A DNA stretch of 64,000 nt from Dissulfuribacterales bacterium (GTDB taxonomy: Bacteria; Desulfobacterota; Dissulfuribacteria; Dissulfuribacterales; DYLC01): the NCBI GenBank assembly GCA_041287365.1, contig JBEULL010000033.1:84535-148534 (forward strand). The letters run 5' to 3'. The position numbers and the translations under genes were made by a program. Each line of letters opens with the position of its first letter. Positions within the stretch are counted from its first letter, which is position 1. Of this stretch, positions 49,147 through 58,648 are shown piece after piece. Below the pieces are notes generated by a model. The model ran no database searches. It was not told the DNA's origin and saw only the letters and a program-made list of their open reading frames with translations.

Positions 49147-50435
49147 TTCTCACAAAGGTTCTGGTCGTAGATGACTCCATAGTATTTCGCAAGATACTCG
49201 AAGAGGCCCTAAACAGGCAGGTGGGCATTCGAGTGGTGGGCACAGCCAAAAACGGCAAGGAGGCCCTGCAGCTCATTCGCACGCACCGGCCTCACCTGGT
49301 AGTGCTGGATGTGGAGATGCCTGAAATGAACGGGCTTCAGACCCTGGACGAGATTAGGCGCCAGAAGCTGAATGTGGGTGTGATAATGTTTTCGTCACTC
49401 ACATCAGAAGGCGCTCGCACCACTCTCGAAGCCCTTTCCAAGGGTGCCTTCGATTTCGTTCCCAAGCCGGCGGGCACAGGTGCATTCGCCGAAAGCGTCA
49501 AGAAGATTCAGGAAGACCTGGTGCCCAAGATCAGGGTTTATGCCGAATCACAAAAGATTGCGGTACCGAAACCGACTGCAAAAACAGTGGCTGCACCCCA
49601 GCTTTCAACAACCGCCACGGCGGCTCACCTCGTGCCTGGCAAGACCATATCCGCTCCTTCAGAACCATTGAAGACATCAACCGGCGTCTCGACTCCACGT
49701 AAAACACCTGCTGCGCCGCAGGTTGCGCGGCCCGGAATGAGCAACCGAATCGTTGCCGTACCTGCCAACAGCGGCAATATAACTGTACAGACAACGCCAA
49801 GACCATCGAGAATCGCTGTAACACGCCCAGGGCAGATAGAGATAGTGGGAATAGGCGTCTCCACTGGCGGCCCCAATGCATTGAATGAGGTCATTCCCAA
49901 ACTGCCGGCCAACTTCAACCTGCCGGTGCTGCTGGTGCAGCACATGCCTCCGGTATTCACCACTCAACTGGCCAACAGATTGAACGAAAAATCCAAAGTA
50001 AAGGTGGTCGAGGCACAGGAAGGCATGAAAATAGAACCAGGCACCGTATATCTGGCGCCAGGGGATTACCACATGGAAATTACAGTAAACGGCACTGAAC
50101 GCATCATCAGCCTCAATCAAAAACCACCTGAAAACAGCTGCAGACCGGCTGTGGACGTCCTATTTCGTTCCATCTCTCATGTCTATGGGGGCAGGAGCCT
50201 GGCCGTCATCATGACCGGCATGGGGCAGGACGGCTTCAAGGGTATTCAGGAACTGAAGGCAAAAGGCGCTGTCATAATCGCCCAGAATCAGGAGACCTGC
50301 GTGGTCTGGGGCATGCCCAAGTTCGTAGTGGAGTCAGGGCTGGCGGATAGAGTATGCCCCTTGAATGAAATAGCTAGTGCAATAGTGGAAATAACCATGA
50401 CATCGAAAAGACCAATGATGGAGAGTGAAAGATGA
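49143..50435 (+). CDS. cheB: Protein-glutamate methylesterase CheB with an unusually long Pro/Ala/Thr-rich linker
   Basis: REC domain (KVLVVDDS...VLDVEMPEMNG), a low-complexity linker of about 100 aa, then the esterase domain (GVSTGGPNAL...HMP...GMGQDG). Confidence 0.9.
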   Translation: MILTKVLVVDDSIVFRKILEEALNRQVGIRVVGTAKNGKEALQLIRTHRPHLVVLDVEMPEMNGLQTLDEIRRQKLNVGVIMFSSLTSEGARTTLEALSKGAFDFVPKPAGTGAFAESVKKIQEDLVPKIRVYAESQKIAVPKPTAKTVAAPQLSTTATAAHLVPGKTISAPSEPLKTSTGVSTPRKTPAAPQVARPGMSNRIVAVPANSGNITVQTTPRPSRIAVTRPGQIEIVGIGVSTGGPNALNEVIPKLPANFNLPVLLVQHMPPVFTTQLANRLNEKSKVKVVEAQEGMKIEPGTVYLAPGDYHMEITVNGTERIISLNQKPPENSCRPAVDVLFRSISHVYGGRSLAVIMTGMGQDGFKGIQELKAKGAVIIAQNQETCVVWGMPKFVVESGLADRVCPLNEIASAIVEITMTSKRPMMESER

Positions 50436-51241
50436 TCACTCCGGAACAATTCCGTTTTTTTGCAGAACTCGTCAAGACCGCCAGCGGCATAGCTTTGGCG
50501 CCAGGCAAAGAATATCTGCTGGAAAGCAGACTGAACGAACTCGCCCGAGTATTGGGACTCAGGGATCTGAATGAACTCTACTCCAAGGCCAAGACCGGCA
50601 TGACCAGCTCCCTGAAGGAACGCATCATCGAGGCCATGACCACCAATGAAACCTATTTCTTTAGAGACCAGCACCCCTTCGACGCACTTAAAAAGGAGAT
50701 TCTGCCGGAAATCATCAAAAGAAACGGCAACTCCGTACGCATCTGGAGTGCGGCCTGCTCCACCGGCCAGGAGCCCTACTCCATGGCCATTCTGCTCTCC
50801 GAAAGCTTTCCTGCGCTTGCAAAAGGTGCAGCGGACATACTGGCCACGGACATCTCTCGCGAGGCAGTGGAAAAGGGCAAGGCAGGCCGGTTCACACAGG
50901 TGGAGGTCAACAGGGGGCTGCCCATAACCCTTCTCCTCAAATACTTCAAACAAAACGGCGCGTTCTGGATGGCCAACGAAAACCTGAAGCGTATGATAAA
51001 CTTTCAGACCTTCAATCTGCTCTCTCCATTCAATTTCGGCTCGTTCGATGTCATTTTCTGTAGATATGTGTTGATTTATTTCGAACAGCAGACCAAACAG
51101 CAGATACTGGAAAAACTTACCAAGACCTTAAATCCTGGTGGCTGCCTCATTCTTGGCGCCACAGAGACTCCCATAGGTCTTCCGGCCTATATGGAGAGGG
51201 TTGCATCAGGCAAGACCACTTATTGGAAGAAAAACGGCTAA
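50432..51241 (+). CDS. cheR: Chemotaxis protein methyltransferase
   Basis: TTNETYFFRD, IWSAACSTGQEPYS and IFCRYVLIYF. Confidence 0.92.
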   Translation: MITPEQFRFFAELVKTASGIALAPGKEYLLESRLNELARVLGLRDLNELYSKAKTGMTSSLKERIIEAMTTNETYFFRDQHPFDALKKEILPEIIKRNGNSVRIWSAACSTGQEPYSMAILLSESFPALAKGAADILATDISREAVEKGKAGRFTQVEVNRGLPITLLLKYFKQNGAFWMANENLKRMINFQTFNLLSPFNFGSFDVIFCRYVLIYFEQQTKQQILEKLTKTLNPGGCLILGATETPIGLPAYMERVASGKTTYWKKNG

Positions 51242-51262
51242 TTCCCAAAGGAGGTAACACAT

Positions 51263-53962
51263 ATGGGCATGGAACAGGACATTCTCAAGGATTTTCTATC
51301 CGAAGCCAAGGAAAACCTGGAGCTTCTCGATCAGCAGTTCGTGGAACTGGAACAGGACCCTGAAAACGCTGAGCTGATCAAAAGCATCTTTCGCACCATT
51401 CACACCATCAAGGGCACGTCCGGATTTTTCGGCTTCACCACCCTTGAAGCTATAGCCCACTTTGCAGAAGACATTCTATCTAAATTGAGAGACGGAGTCA
51501 TCAAAGTAACAGAAGATATAGCGACCATGCTCCTGAAGGCGGTTGACTACATCAAGGCCATAGTCGCCAGCCTGGAGCAGACAGGTAAAGAGCCCACTGA
51601 TCTCGTGTATCTCGATTTTGTCGTCGATCTTCGCAATTTTGCTGAAAAGGTGACAAAAGGCCTGCCTGCGGCTGCATCCAGTAAATCTACACCACCGCCC
51701 AAGGCAGCCGAAGCCGCTCCTGCCCCGAAACCGGAATCGAAACCTGAGGAGGCCACGTCTGAAACACCATCAGCAGAGACTCCAGTGGCGGAAGCGCTTC
51801 AACCTCAAGCCGAGCAAGCGGCCTCCCCTGAGCACAAAACTCCGGAACCTCCAGCTCCATCCGAGGCCAAACAGACGCCTGCAGGCCCGCCGCCAGCTGC
51901 ACCCCAAATGACCGAGACACATGTGCGTGTGGATGTCCAACTTCTGGATAACCTGATGAATCTGGCGGGCGAATTGGTACTGTCCCGCAACCGCATGGCT
52001 CAACTTGCAGGCTACATCAACAATCCAGAACTGATGGCGGCCAATCAGCACATGAGCCTCATTGTAACGGAACTTCAAGAACAAATTATGAAGACTCGAA
52101 TGCAGCCCATCGGCAATGTCTTCAATAAATTTCCTCGCATAGTGCGGGATCTGGCCAAAAACGCCCAAAAACAGGTTCAACTCCACATCGAAGGAGCCGA
52201 GACCGAACTGGATCGTTCCATCATAGAGGTCATCAAAGACCCCCTGACTCACATGGTCAGAAACTCCATCGATCATGGCATAGAAGCGCCTGATATGCGC
52301 GTGCAGAAGGACAAGGACCCTATGGGCACACTAACCATGCGCGCCTATCACGAAGGAGGCCAAGTCATAATCGAAATCGAAGATGACGGCGCCGGTATAG
52401 ACCCCAACAAGATTCGCAAAAAGGCCGTTGAGAAGGGCATATTGACTGCAGAACAGGCCGCTGCCCTATCGGACAGAGACGCATTGTTGCTCATCTTTCA
52501 GCCAGGCTTCTCCACGGCCGAGAAGGTCACCAATATCTCTGGACGTGGAGTGGGCATGGATGTGGTCAAGACCAACATCGAAAAAATCGGTGGCACAGTG
52601 GAACTCCAGAGCACAGTAAACGTGGGTTCCGTGGTAAAGATCAAAATTCCCCTGACCCTGGCCATAATTCCGGCTCTGATAGTCAAGTGTGCCAATGAAC
52701 GCTACGCCATTCCACAGGTCAATCTGGTGGAACTCGTACATCTGAGCCAGGATGCAGTATCCAGGGACGTACAGCTCATAGGAAATGCGGAATTCTATCG
52801 TCTGCGCGGCCAGATTCTGCCTCTGGTCAGATTGCGTGATGTGTTGAACCTACCTGCCATGACGGAAGAGAACGCAGAAGGACTTGAAATCGTAGTCCTG
52901 AACTCCGGAGAAAGGCAATTCGGTTTGGTGGTAGATAACATCAATGATTCCGAAGAGATAGTAGTAAAACCCCTGGGCCGCCACCTGAAACACCTCAGAT
53001 GTTATGCCGGCACAACGCTTATGGGAGACGGCAGGGCCGCCCTTATTCTGGACATCGTGGGCATTGCCTCCATGCTGCATCTCAAGGCGGATGAGGCATT
53101 GAAAAAGGCCAAGGCCGCCACCACAGTGGCTACAGGTGAGGAGGAAAAACAATTTCTGTTGCTCTTTACAGTGGCGCAAGATGAATACTTTGCCATTCCT
53201 CTGGCCCTTGTAAACCGCCTCGACAAGATAACCACAAATCAGTTGGAGCATGTGGCAGGCAAGGAGGTAGTACAGTACCGAAACCGTTCCATGCCAATTA
53301 TACGTCTGGAAAATTATCTGCCCATTGCGCCGCTTCCGGAACAGGATGAATACAACCTCTTGGTATTTCACGTAAACGGTAGAGACATTGCATTTCTGGT
53401 ATCCAAGATCGAAGACAGCATCAATATCACAGTCAACGTGGAGGAAGAAAACTTCAAACAGGAAGGCATGATCGGCTCGGCCATCATAAAGGACCGCACC
53501 ACCATCTTTCTGGACGTCTACCAGATCATCCGCACCTATGACCCGAATTTCTTTGCAAAGGTCGCAGAGAGTGAGACGATGGCCGCCCAGGTGCTGCTGG
53601 CGGAGGACTCGAACTTCTACCGCAATATCCTCAGCTCTTATCTCACCGCCGCAGGGCTGAATGTAACAGCGGTGGAGGACGGCCAACAGGCATGGGACAC
53701 ATTGCAAAATGAACACTTCGATCTAGTCATAACCGATATAGAAATGCCCAACATGACAGGCCTGGAGCTCACTCGCAAGATCAAAGACAATCCTGCCACC
53801 AAAGACCTGCCTGTCATAGCCGTTACATCCCTCTCGGGTGAAGAGGACAGAAAGCGCGGCATTCAGGCCGGCGTTGACGACTATCAACCCAAACTGGACA
53901 GGGACCTGGTGTTGAAGGCCGTGGAGCGGCTGCTCAAGATCAGACTGCAAAACGCTGCATAA
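51263..53962 (+). CDS. cheA: CheA histidine kinase, hybrid type (Hpt, Ala/Pro linker, dimerisation, HATPase, two CheW-like domains, REC)
   Basis: Hpt FRTIHTIKGTSG; HATPase DDGAGID and GRGVGMDVV; two CheW-like segments (RYAIPQVNLVE, EYFAIPLALVN); C-terminal receiver VLLAEDS...VITDIEMPNMTG...QPK. Confidence 0.92.
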   Translation: MGMEQDILKDFLSEAKENLELLDQQFVELEQDPENAELIKSIFRTIHTIKGTSGFFGFTTLEAIAHFAEDILSKLRDGVIKVTEDIATMLLKAVDYIKAIVASLEQTGKEPTDLVYLDFVVDLRNFAEKVTKGLPAAASSKSTPPPKAAEAAPAPKPESKPEEATSETPSAETPVAEALQPQAEQAASPEHKTPEPPAPSEAKQTPAGPPPAAPQMTETHVRVDVQLLDNLMNLAGELVLSRNRMAQLAGYINNPELMAANQHMSLIVTELQEQIMKTRMQPIGNVFNKFPRIVRDLAKNAQKQVQLHIEGAETELDRSIIEVIKDPLTHMVRNSIDHGIEAPDMRVQKDKDPMGTLTMRAYHEGGQVIIEIEDDGAGIDPNKIRKKAVEKGILTAEQAAALSDRDALLLIFQPGFSTAEKVTNISGRGVGMDVVKTNIEKIGGTVELQSTVNVGSVVKIKIPLTLAIIPALIVKCANERYAIPQVNLVELVHLSQDAVSRDVQLIGNAEFYRLRGQILPLVRLRDVLNLPAMTEENAEGLEIVVLNSGERQFGLVVDNINDSEEIVVKPLGRHLKHLRCYAGTTLMGDGRAALILDIVGIASMLHLKADEALKKAKAATTVATGEEEKQFLLLFTVAQDEYFAIPLALVNRLDKITTNQLEHVAGKEVVQYRNRSMPIIRLENYLPIAPLPEQDEYNLLVFHVNGRDIAFLVSKIEDSINITVNVEEENFKQEGMIGSAIIKDRTTIFLDVYQIIRTYDPNFFAKVAESETMAAQVLLAEDSNFYRNILSSYLTAAGLNVTAVEDGQQAWDTLQNEHFDLVITDIEMPNMTGLELTRKIKDNPATKDLPVIAVTSLSGEEDRKRGIQAGVDDYQPKLDRDLVLKAVERLLKIRLQNAA

Positions 53963-53975
53963 CAAGGAGGCATAT

Positions 53976-54464
53976 ATGACAGAAAATCTTCCGGTACAAT
54001 CTCAGACCACGGATGTGGCCGTTGCTTCCGAGGCTACAACCCAATTCATCACATTCTATATGGGCAAGCACTTCTTCGGCATGCCCATCGACATCGTCAT
54101 CGAGATCAACAAGAATTTGAATATTACCACCACTCCACTTGCACCGGACTACGTGCTTGGAGTGGTGAACCTGCGCGGGCACATACTTACGGCCATTCAT
54201 CTGGCAAAAAGAATCGGGCTCGACTACACGCCTCCAGAGGGCATTGTATTTCACAATATCATCATGGGCAATCGAGAAGAACCCATAAGTCTGCTGGTGG
54301 AACGCATAGGAGACGTTATTTCAGTACCCACGGCAGACATAGAACCTCCGCCTGACCTGCTGGCAGGCATAGACATTCGATATGTAAAAAATGTCTGCAA
54401 ACTGCCAGGAAAACTCCTGGTCATTTTGAACACGGATGCACTTCAGAACGTTTCCAACAACTGA
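53976..54464 (+). CDS. cheW: CheW coupling protein
   Basis: 162 aa. F.GMPI..V.EI, VVNLRG and LL....G.. pattern. Confidence 0.88.
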   Translation: MTENLPVQSQTTDVAVASEATTQFITFYMGKHFFGMPIDIVIEINKNLNITTTPLAPDYVLGVVNLRGHILTAIHLAKRIGLDYTPPEGIVFHNIIMGNREEPISLLVERIGDVISVPTADIEPPPDLLAGIDIRYVKNVCKLPGKLLVILNTDALQNVSNN

Positions 54465-55498
54465 TGATATCCAAGGACTATTTAGAGGCACTGCGCACAC
54501 TGGGGCTCGATGCATCTGCCACAGAAGAGGAAATACGCCAGACATATCGCAGACTTATGAAACGACTGCACCCTGACAGCTCCTCTTTTGTGGACACAAA
54601 CCGGTTTTTGCAGATTCAGCAGGCATATGAACGCTGTTGTTCTCACTTGAGACAAGATCATTACCAGGCTCAAAAAGGCGAAGCGGCCTTGCACACCGAT
54701 TCCCTTGCTGACTCCCATGAAGGTGTGGACAGCCTGCAAAACGGCACATACCTCTTTCTTACAGTTTCGGCTCAGGATGCCCTGTTTGGAGCCAGCAAAG
54801 AGATGTGGGTGGTGGACAGAGAGGACTTCTGCCCTCGCTGTAACGGCACCGGCCTTGCTCCACCGGACAAAAACGAGCACAAATGCTCGCGCTGTAACGG
54901 CAAAGGTTCCATACCCATGCAGTGGGGCAAAGAGACCATGTTCATCGTATGTTCCGCCTGCTCCGGCACCGGCTTTATCAGCAACAAGACCTGTGCGCTG
55001 TGCAAAGGAAGAGGTAGAGTGACCATCAAACGGCCGCTACGCATTCACCTGCCACGTGGAGTCAAAAACGGCATGGTGCTGAAGATTCCGGGGCAAGGCC
55101 CGTGGCAGGCCAAAAGATACTCTCGCGATTCAGTCTTTGTGGAGGTGCGAGTGGAGTTTCCTGAAGGATGGCGCATTCACGGACAAGACCTGCACGCCTC
55201 TTTGGACATAGACATCTGGACAGCGCTCAAAGGAGGCGATGTGCCATTTCGAACATTGGAAGGCCGCTGGATTCAAGTAAGTGTCCCTGCCTATGCAGGC
55301 CAAAGCGAACAGGATACCATTTTGATTCCAGGCTATGGCTGGATAAATGAGTTGGGGCAACGAGGCAATCTGATTCTGAAGTGCCGACTGCTCTTTCCAT
55401 CGAGATCACCGCCTGAAACAGCCAGAAACCTGCTGAACCTACTGGAACAGCTCTGGCCCGCAAGAGAACGCTTGTATCTGCCGTTAAACGAGAACTAA
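54464..55498 (+). CDS. DnaJ-type protein (J domain, four CxxCxGxG zinc-finger motifs, DnaJ C-terminal domains) encoded inside the che operon
   Basis: J domain EEIRQTYRRLMKRLHPD. Zinc-finger motifs CPRCNGTG, CSRCNGKG, CSACSGTG and CALCKGRG. Its start overlaps the cheW stop (TGATG). Confidence 0.8.
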   Translation: MISKDYLEALRTLGLDASATEEEIRQTYRRLMKRLHPDSSSFVDTNRFLQIQQAYERCCSHLRQDHYQAQKGEAALHTDSLADSHEGVDSLQNGTYLFLTVSAQDALFGASKEMWVVDREDFCPRCNGTGLAPPDKNEHKCSRCNGKGSIPMQWGKETMFIVCSACSGTGFISNKTCALCKGRGRVTIKRPLRIHLPRGVKNGMVLKIPGQGPWQAKRYSRDSVFVEVRVEFPEGWRIHGQDLHASLDIDIWTALKGGDVPFRTLEGRWIQVSVPAYAGQSEQDTILIPGYGWINELGQRGNLILKCRLLFPSRSPPETARNLLNLLEQLWPARERLYLPLNEN

Positions 55499-55574
55499 CC
55501 GGCAATTACCAAAATAAAAATGCAGCGAATAAAAAGGTTACCAAAACGATTCAGTCAAAAAAGGAGGGTTATTT

Positions 55575-57119
55575 ATGAAAAATCTCACATTTAAACAAAT
55601 GGGCATTCTTGCTACTTTGATTTTGCTGATCTCCAATGGTCTTGTGGTCTGGCTTACACTTAACAACCGTTTTACAACCGAAGACGGCATGAAACGTATT
55701 AAGAATGCAACGGATGCAGAGTTCCATGCCGCAGAGGCACTCTCCGCCTTGAGGGCATATCAGATCACCTTCGATGAAAAATATATAAAGCAATTTAATG
55801 AAGACACTCAAGAATGCATAACTGTACTGGACAACTTTATTTCCCTTGCCATCAACCCTTCCAATAAAGAAAAGGCCAGAGATATAAAAGACCGCTTTAC
55901 GAAATGGAGTGAAGAGCAGAAGGGAAGAAGGCTTACACTTGTCAAAAAAGAGGCCAAAGAAGGGCTTACCGATGCCGAGAAACAGGAATTGGACTCTATC
56001 TTAAAAAAATCAGCGGAAACCATTGCTGCTATACAAAACGACCTGGACGCACTTGTTGACAGCGCATTTCACACCAATATATCTCACATAAACACCGTCA
56101 ACATGGAAATTCTCCTCTCCCTGCTGGCAGGCACAGCCATCTTGCTCATAAGCGGCTTTATAATATTTAGAAACTTGCGCTCAGGAATCGCAGCAGTTCA
56201 GGGCATTTTGGAGAACATGAGCCAGGGCAGATTTGACACACACATAGAGACTCGACTGACCAATGAAATGGGCCAGATGCTCAATACCCTCATTCGCACG
56301 CAAGAAGGCATAAAAACACTCTTTGACAAGATGATAGCTGCTAGAAGAAAGACAGGAGACAACATTGAGATAGTAAAGGAGAGCGCAGAGACCCTCTCAG
56401 CAGCCACGGAACAGGGTAAAAGCTTTGCAAAGGAGATCGACGATGCAGCCCAGTCCACAGCAGGCAGCATAGCCTCCGTTGCCTCGGCCATGGAAGAAAT
56501 GGTTGCCACCATCACCGAGATCAGCAAGAACACCACTCAGGCCAAGGACGCCGCCGACAACGCCAATACCGAGGGCACACAGGCCATGCAGGTGGTGGAG
56601 GTGCTGGCCCAGGCAGCGCAGAAGGTAGGTGAAGTCAGCAAGCTCATAGGTGGTATCGCCGCTCAGACCAATCTTTTGGCTCTGAACGCCACCATCGAGG
56701 CGGCCCGTGCAGGTGAAGCAGGCAAGGGCTTTGCCGTTGTGGCCAATGAGGTAAAGGAGCTGGCCAAGCAGACCTCAGACTCGGTGCAGGAGATAGACGG
56801 CATCATTCAGGAGATACAGCGCGGCTCGAGCGACACGCTGAATGTCATGAAACATATCTCCACATCCATTTCACACGTTACTGACATCACCAATCAGATC
56901 GCAGCTGCAGTAGAGGAGCAGACCGCCGCCGCATCAGAGATCAGCCAGAGGCTTCAGGAGAGCAACCAGAATGCACAAATGATGTCCGAGAAAGCTGGTC
57001 AGGTGATGCAGTTGAATGAATCCCTGGCCCAGAAGGCCGTGGAACTCAACAGAGTCACCAACGCCCTGACAGAGGCCAACAAGGACCTCAAGGAAGCTAT
57101 GAGTGCTTTCAGGACATAA
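55575..57119 (+). CDS. Methyl-accepting chemotaxis protein
   Basis: N-terminal TM helix, periplasmic region, second TM helix and HAMP, then the conserved signalling hairpin [34 protein letters not shown]. Confidence 0.93.
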   Translation: MKNLTFKQMGILATLILLISNGLVVWLTLNNRFTTEDGMKRIKNATDAEFHAAEALSALRAYQITFDEKYIKQFNEDTQECITVLDNFISLAINPSNKEKARDIKDRFTKWSEEQKGRRLTLVKKEAKEGLTDAEKQELDSILKKSAETIAAIQNDLDALVDSAFHTNISHINTVNMEILLSLLAGTAILLISGFIIFRNLRSGIAAVQGILENMSQGRFDTHIETRLTNEMGQMLNTLIRTQEGIKTLFDKMIAARRKTGDNIEIVKESAETLSAATEQGKSFAKEIDDAAQSTAGSIASVASAMEEMVATITEISKNTTQAKDAADNANTEGTQAMQVVEVLAQAAQKVGEVSKLIGGIAAQTNLLALNATIEAARAGEAGKGFAVVANEVKELAKQTSDSVQEIDGIIQEIQRGSSDTLNVMKHISTSISHVTDITNQIAAAVEEQTAAASEISQRLQESNQNAQMMSEKAGQVMQLNESLAQKAVELNRVTNALTEANKDLKEAMSAFRT

Positions 57120-57149
57120 TGGCCTATTTCTGAAGTGTGGTGTGAATGG

Positions 57150-57178
57150 AGTGGCGGCCATTGAGTCGCCACTTTTTT
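57150..57178 (+). terminator. Rho-independent terminator of the che operon
   Basis: Stem AGTGGCG / CGCCACT with a 10-nt loop, followed by T6. Located 31 nt after the MCP stop. Confidence 0.7.
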
Positions 57179-57341
57179 ATAGCCATTTAATTTTGATGAT
57201 CTCGTAAAGAATTGTTGATGAGGATTGTTAATCAAAAACACCCTCGAAAACTTTCGAGACGGAATTCGATACTGAAATACTGATTGACTACAAGCTGGGA
57301 ATACAAGGGCGAGACGCCCTCGCTCCTAAAAGACACCAAGA

Positions 57342-58307
57342 TTATTCTTGCTCCTTGGTCTGACAGATAATCACCACATTCTGCTCGTCTGAAGCTACTT
57401 GGGCGCCTTGAGTGCAGCTCTTTCCAAAGGCCACACCAATCCCTTCCACTCCCATCACATGACCGATGATCGCAGCCCTGCGCGCGGCGCGTGTCACATC
57501 CCCCACATCCACCACCTGGGATATCTCTACTGCCAACGCCACATTACGCTGAACATCTCTTGCCAAACGACCTGTAACCACCACATCCACAGCTATCGCA
57601 TCCCGACGCATCTCTTCCGTAATCCTGCCTTCGTCCAGGGCATCATCAAGAATTTTAGCAAGGTCATCATGAGCTATGGTGCGACAGCGACGAATCAACC
57701 TCCCCAGATAAGAAGCTGCCTTGTCTCGAACACGACGCTCCAGATCACTGCCTTGCAGATCAGAGACATTATCCTTGAGATTGTTAACGTCCTGCTTCAA
57801 TACACCCACATCCTGCTTCAAAATTTCCACATCTTGCTTCAAGATAGCTACGTCTTGCTTCAAAACCGCCACGTCCTGCTTCAATACACCCACATCCTGC
57901 TTCAAAATTTCCACGTCTTGCTTCAAAACCGCCACGTCCTGCTTCAATACACCCACATCCTGCTTCAATACACCCACATCCTGCTTCAATACACCCACAT
58001 CCTGCTTCAATACACCCACGTCCTGCTTCAATACACCCACATCCTGCTTCAATACACCCACATCCTGTTCTATGTGATCAACCTTTTTGACTAATGGCCT
58101 GAATTCCTCCTCCTTGAAGCGCGCAAAGTCCTCAGGCATTCTCAAAAGTGCAGGGCTCAAAAGCTCTCTACGAAGTGCCTCACGCCATTTTTCATTGGTA
58201 CGGATGATTTCATACAGGTCATCGATGGTCCGTATGAAATAACCCGGCTCAGAAGCAACCTGGTTGACATCCTTTTGACGGGTTGTAATCTCACTCATGG
58301 CACACAT
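57342..58307 (-). CDS. Coiled-coil protein with a 15-heptad perfect-repeat core and a C-terminal domain of unknown (possibly nuclease-fold) function
   Basis: 321 aa. Residues 82-186 are DV(G/A/E)(V/I)LKQ heptads. The non-repetitive N- and C-terminal domains have normal composition. Confidence 0.7.
   Translation of the reverse strand: MCAMSEITTRQKDVNQVASEPGYFIRTIDDLYEIIRTNEKWREALRRELLSPALLRMPEDFARFKEEEFRPLVKKVDHIEQDVGVLKQDVGVLKQDVGVLKQDVGVLKQDVGVLKQDVGVLKQDVAVLKQDVEILKQDVGVLKQDVAVLKQDVAILKQDVEILKQDVGVLKQDVNNLKDNVSDLQGSDLERRVRDKAASYLGRLIRRCRTIAHDDLAKILDDALDEGRITEEMRRDAIAVDVVVTGRLARDVQRNVALAVEISQVVDVGDVTRAARRAAIIGHVMGVEGIGVAFGKSCTQGAQVASDEQNVVIICQTKEQE
57792..58064. repeat. Tandem repeat, 13 x 21 bp
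   Basis: Plus-strand unit CTGCTTCAATACACCCACATC and close variants. Six consecutive copies differ by at most 1 nt. Two more degenerate units extend the repeat to 57750. Confidence 0.95.
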
Positions 58308-58594
58308 CCTTTCAGCAGATTACACAAAAAACTTTCATAAACTATTCCATAGAAATTGTCATCTGTAAATCATGATTATATAAAATATACATTATTCGGC
58401 AGGATTGCTTCATCGGACTTACGCCCTCCTCGCGATGACGAGGAATGGCGCAATTGCTTCATAGATTCACTCCTCACAATGACTGGAAAAGGACGGCTGA
58501 ATGGCTTCGTTTCCCTCACAATAACGAGAACACACCACATACGTCATTACGAGCCTGACATCAGGCAGGCGCGGCAATCTCATAAAGTTTTTAA

Positions 58595-58622
58595 TAAAAA
58601 ATGGGCGACCATGAGGCCGCCC
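58595..58622 (-). terminator. Rho-independent terminator after the cohesin/dockerin gene
   Basis: On the minus strand, stem GGGCGGCC / GGTCGCCC with a 4-nt loop, followed by ATTTTTTATT. Located 27 nt after the stop. Confidence 0.65.
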
Positions 58623-58648
58623 AAATAGCACTTTCTGCGCCTAACGAA

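Noticed and set aside
57792-58064. Considered whether the regular short repeats could be a CRISPR array.
   Set aside because: The units are contiguous 21-mers with no unique spacers, they lie in frame inside an ORF, and no cas genes are present.
57399-58094. Plus-strand ORFs (231 aa and 118 aa) reading the 21-bp repeats as HILLQYT or TSCFNTP repeats.
   Set aside because: Any frame stays open through a perfect tandem repeat. Only the minus-strand frame continues into non-repetitive flanking domains with normal composition and a sensible start and stop next to terminators.
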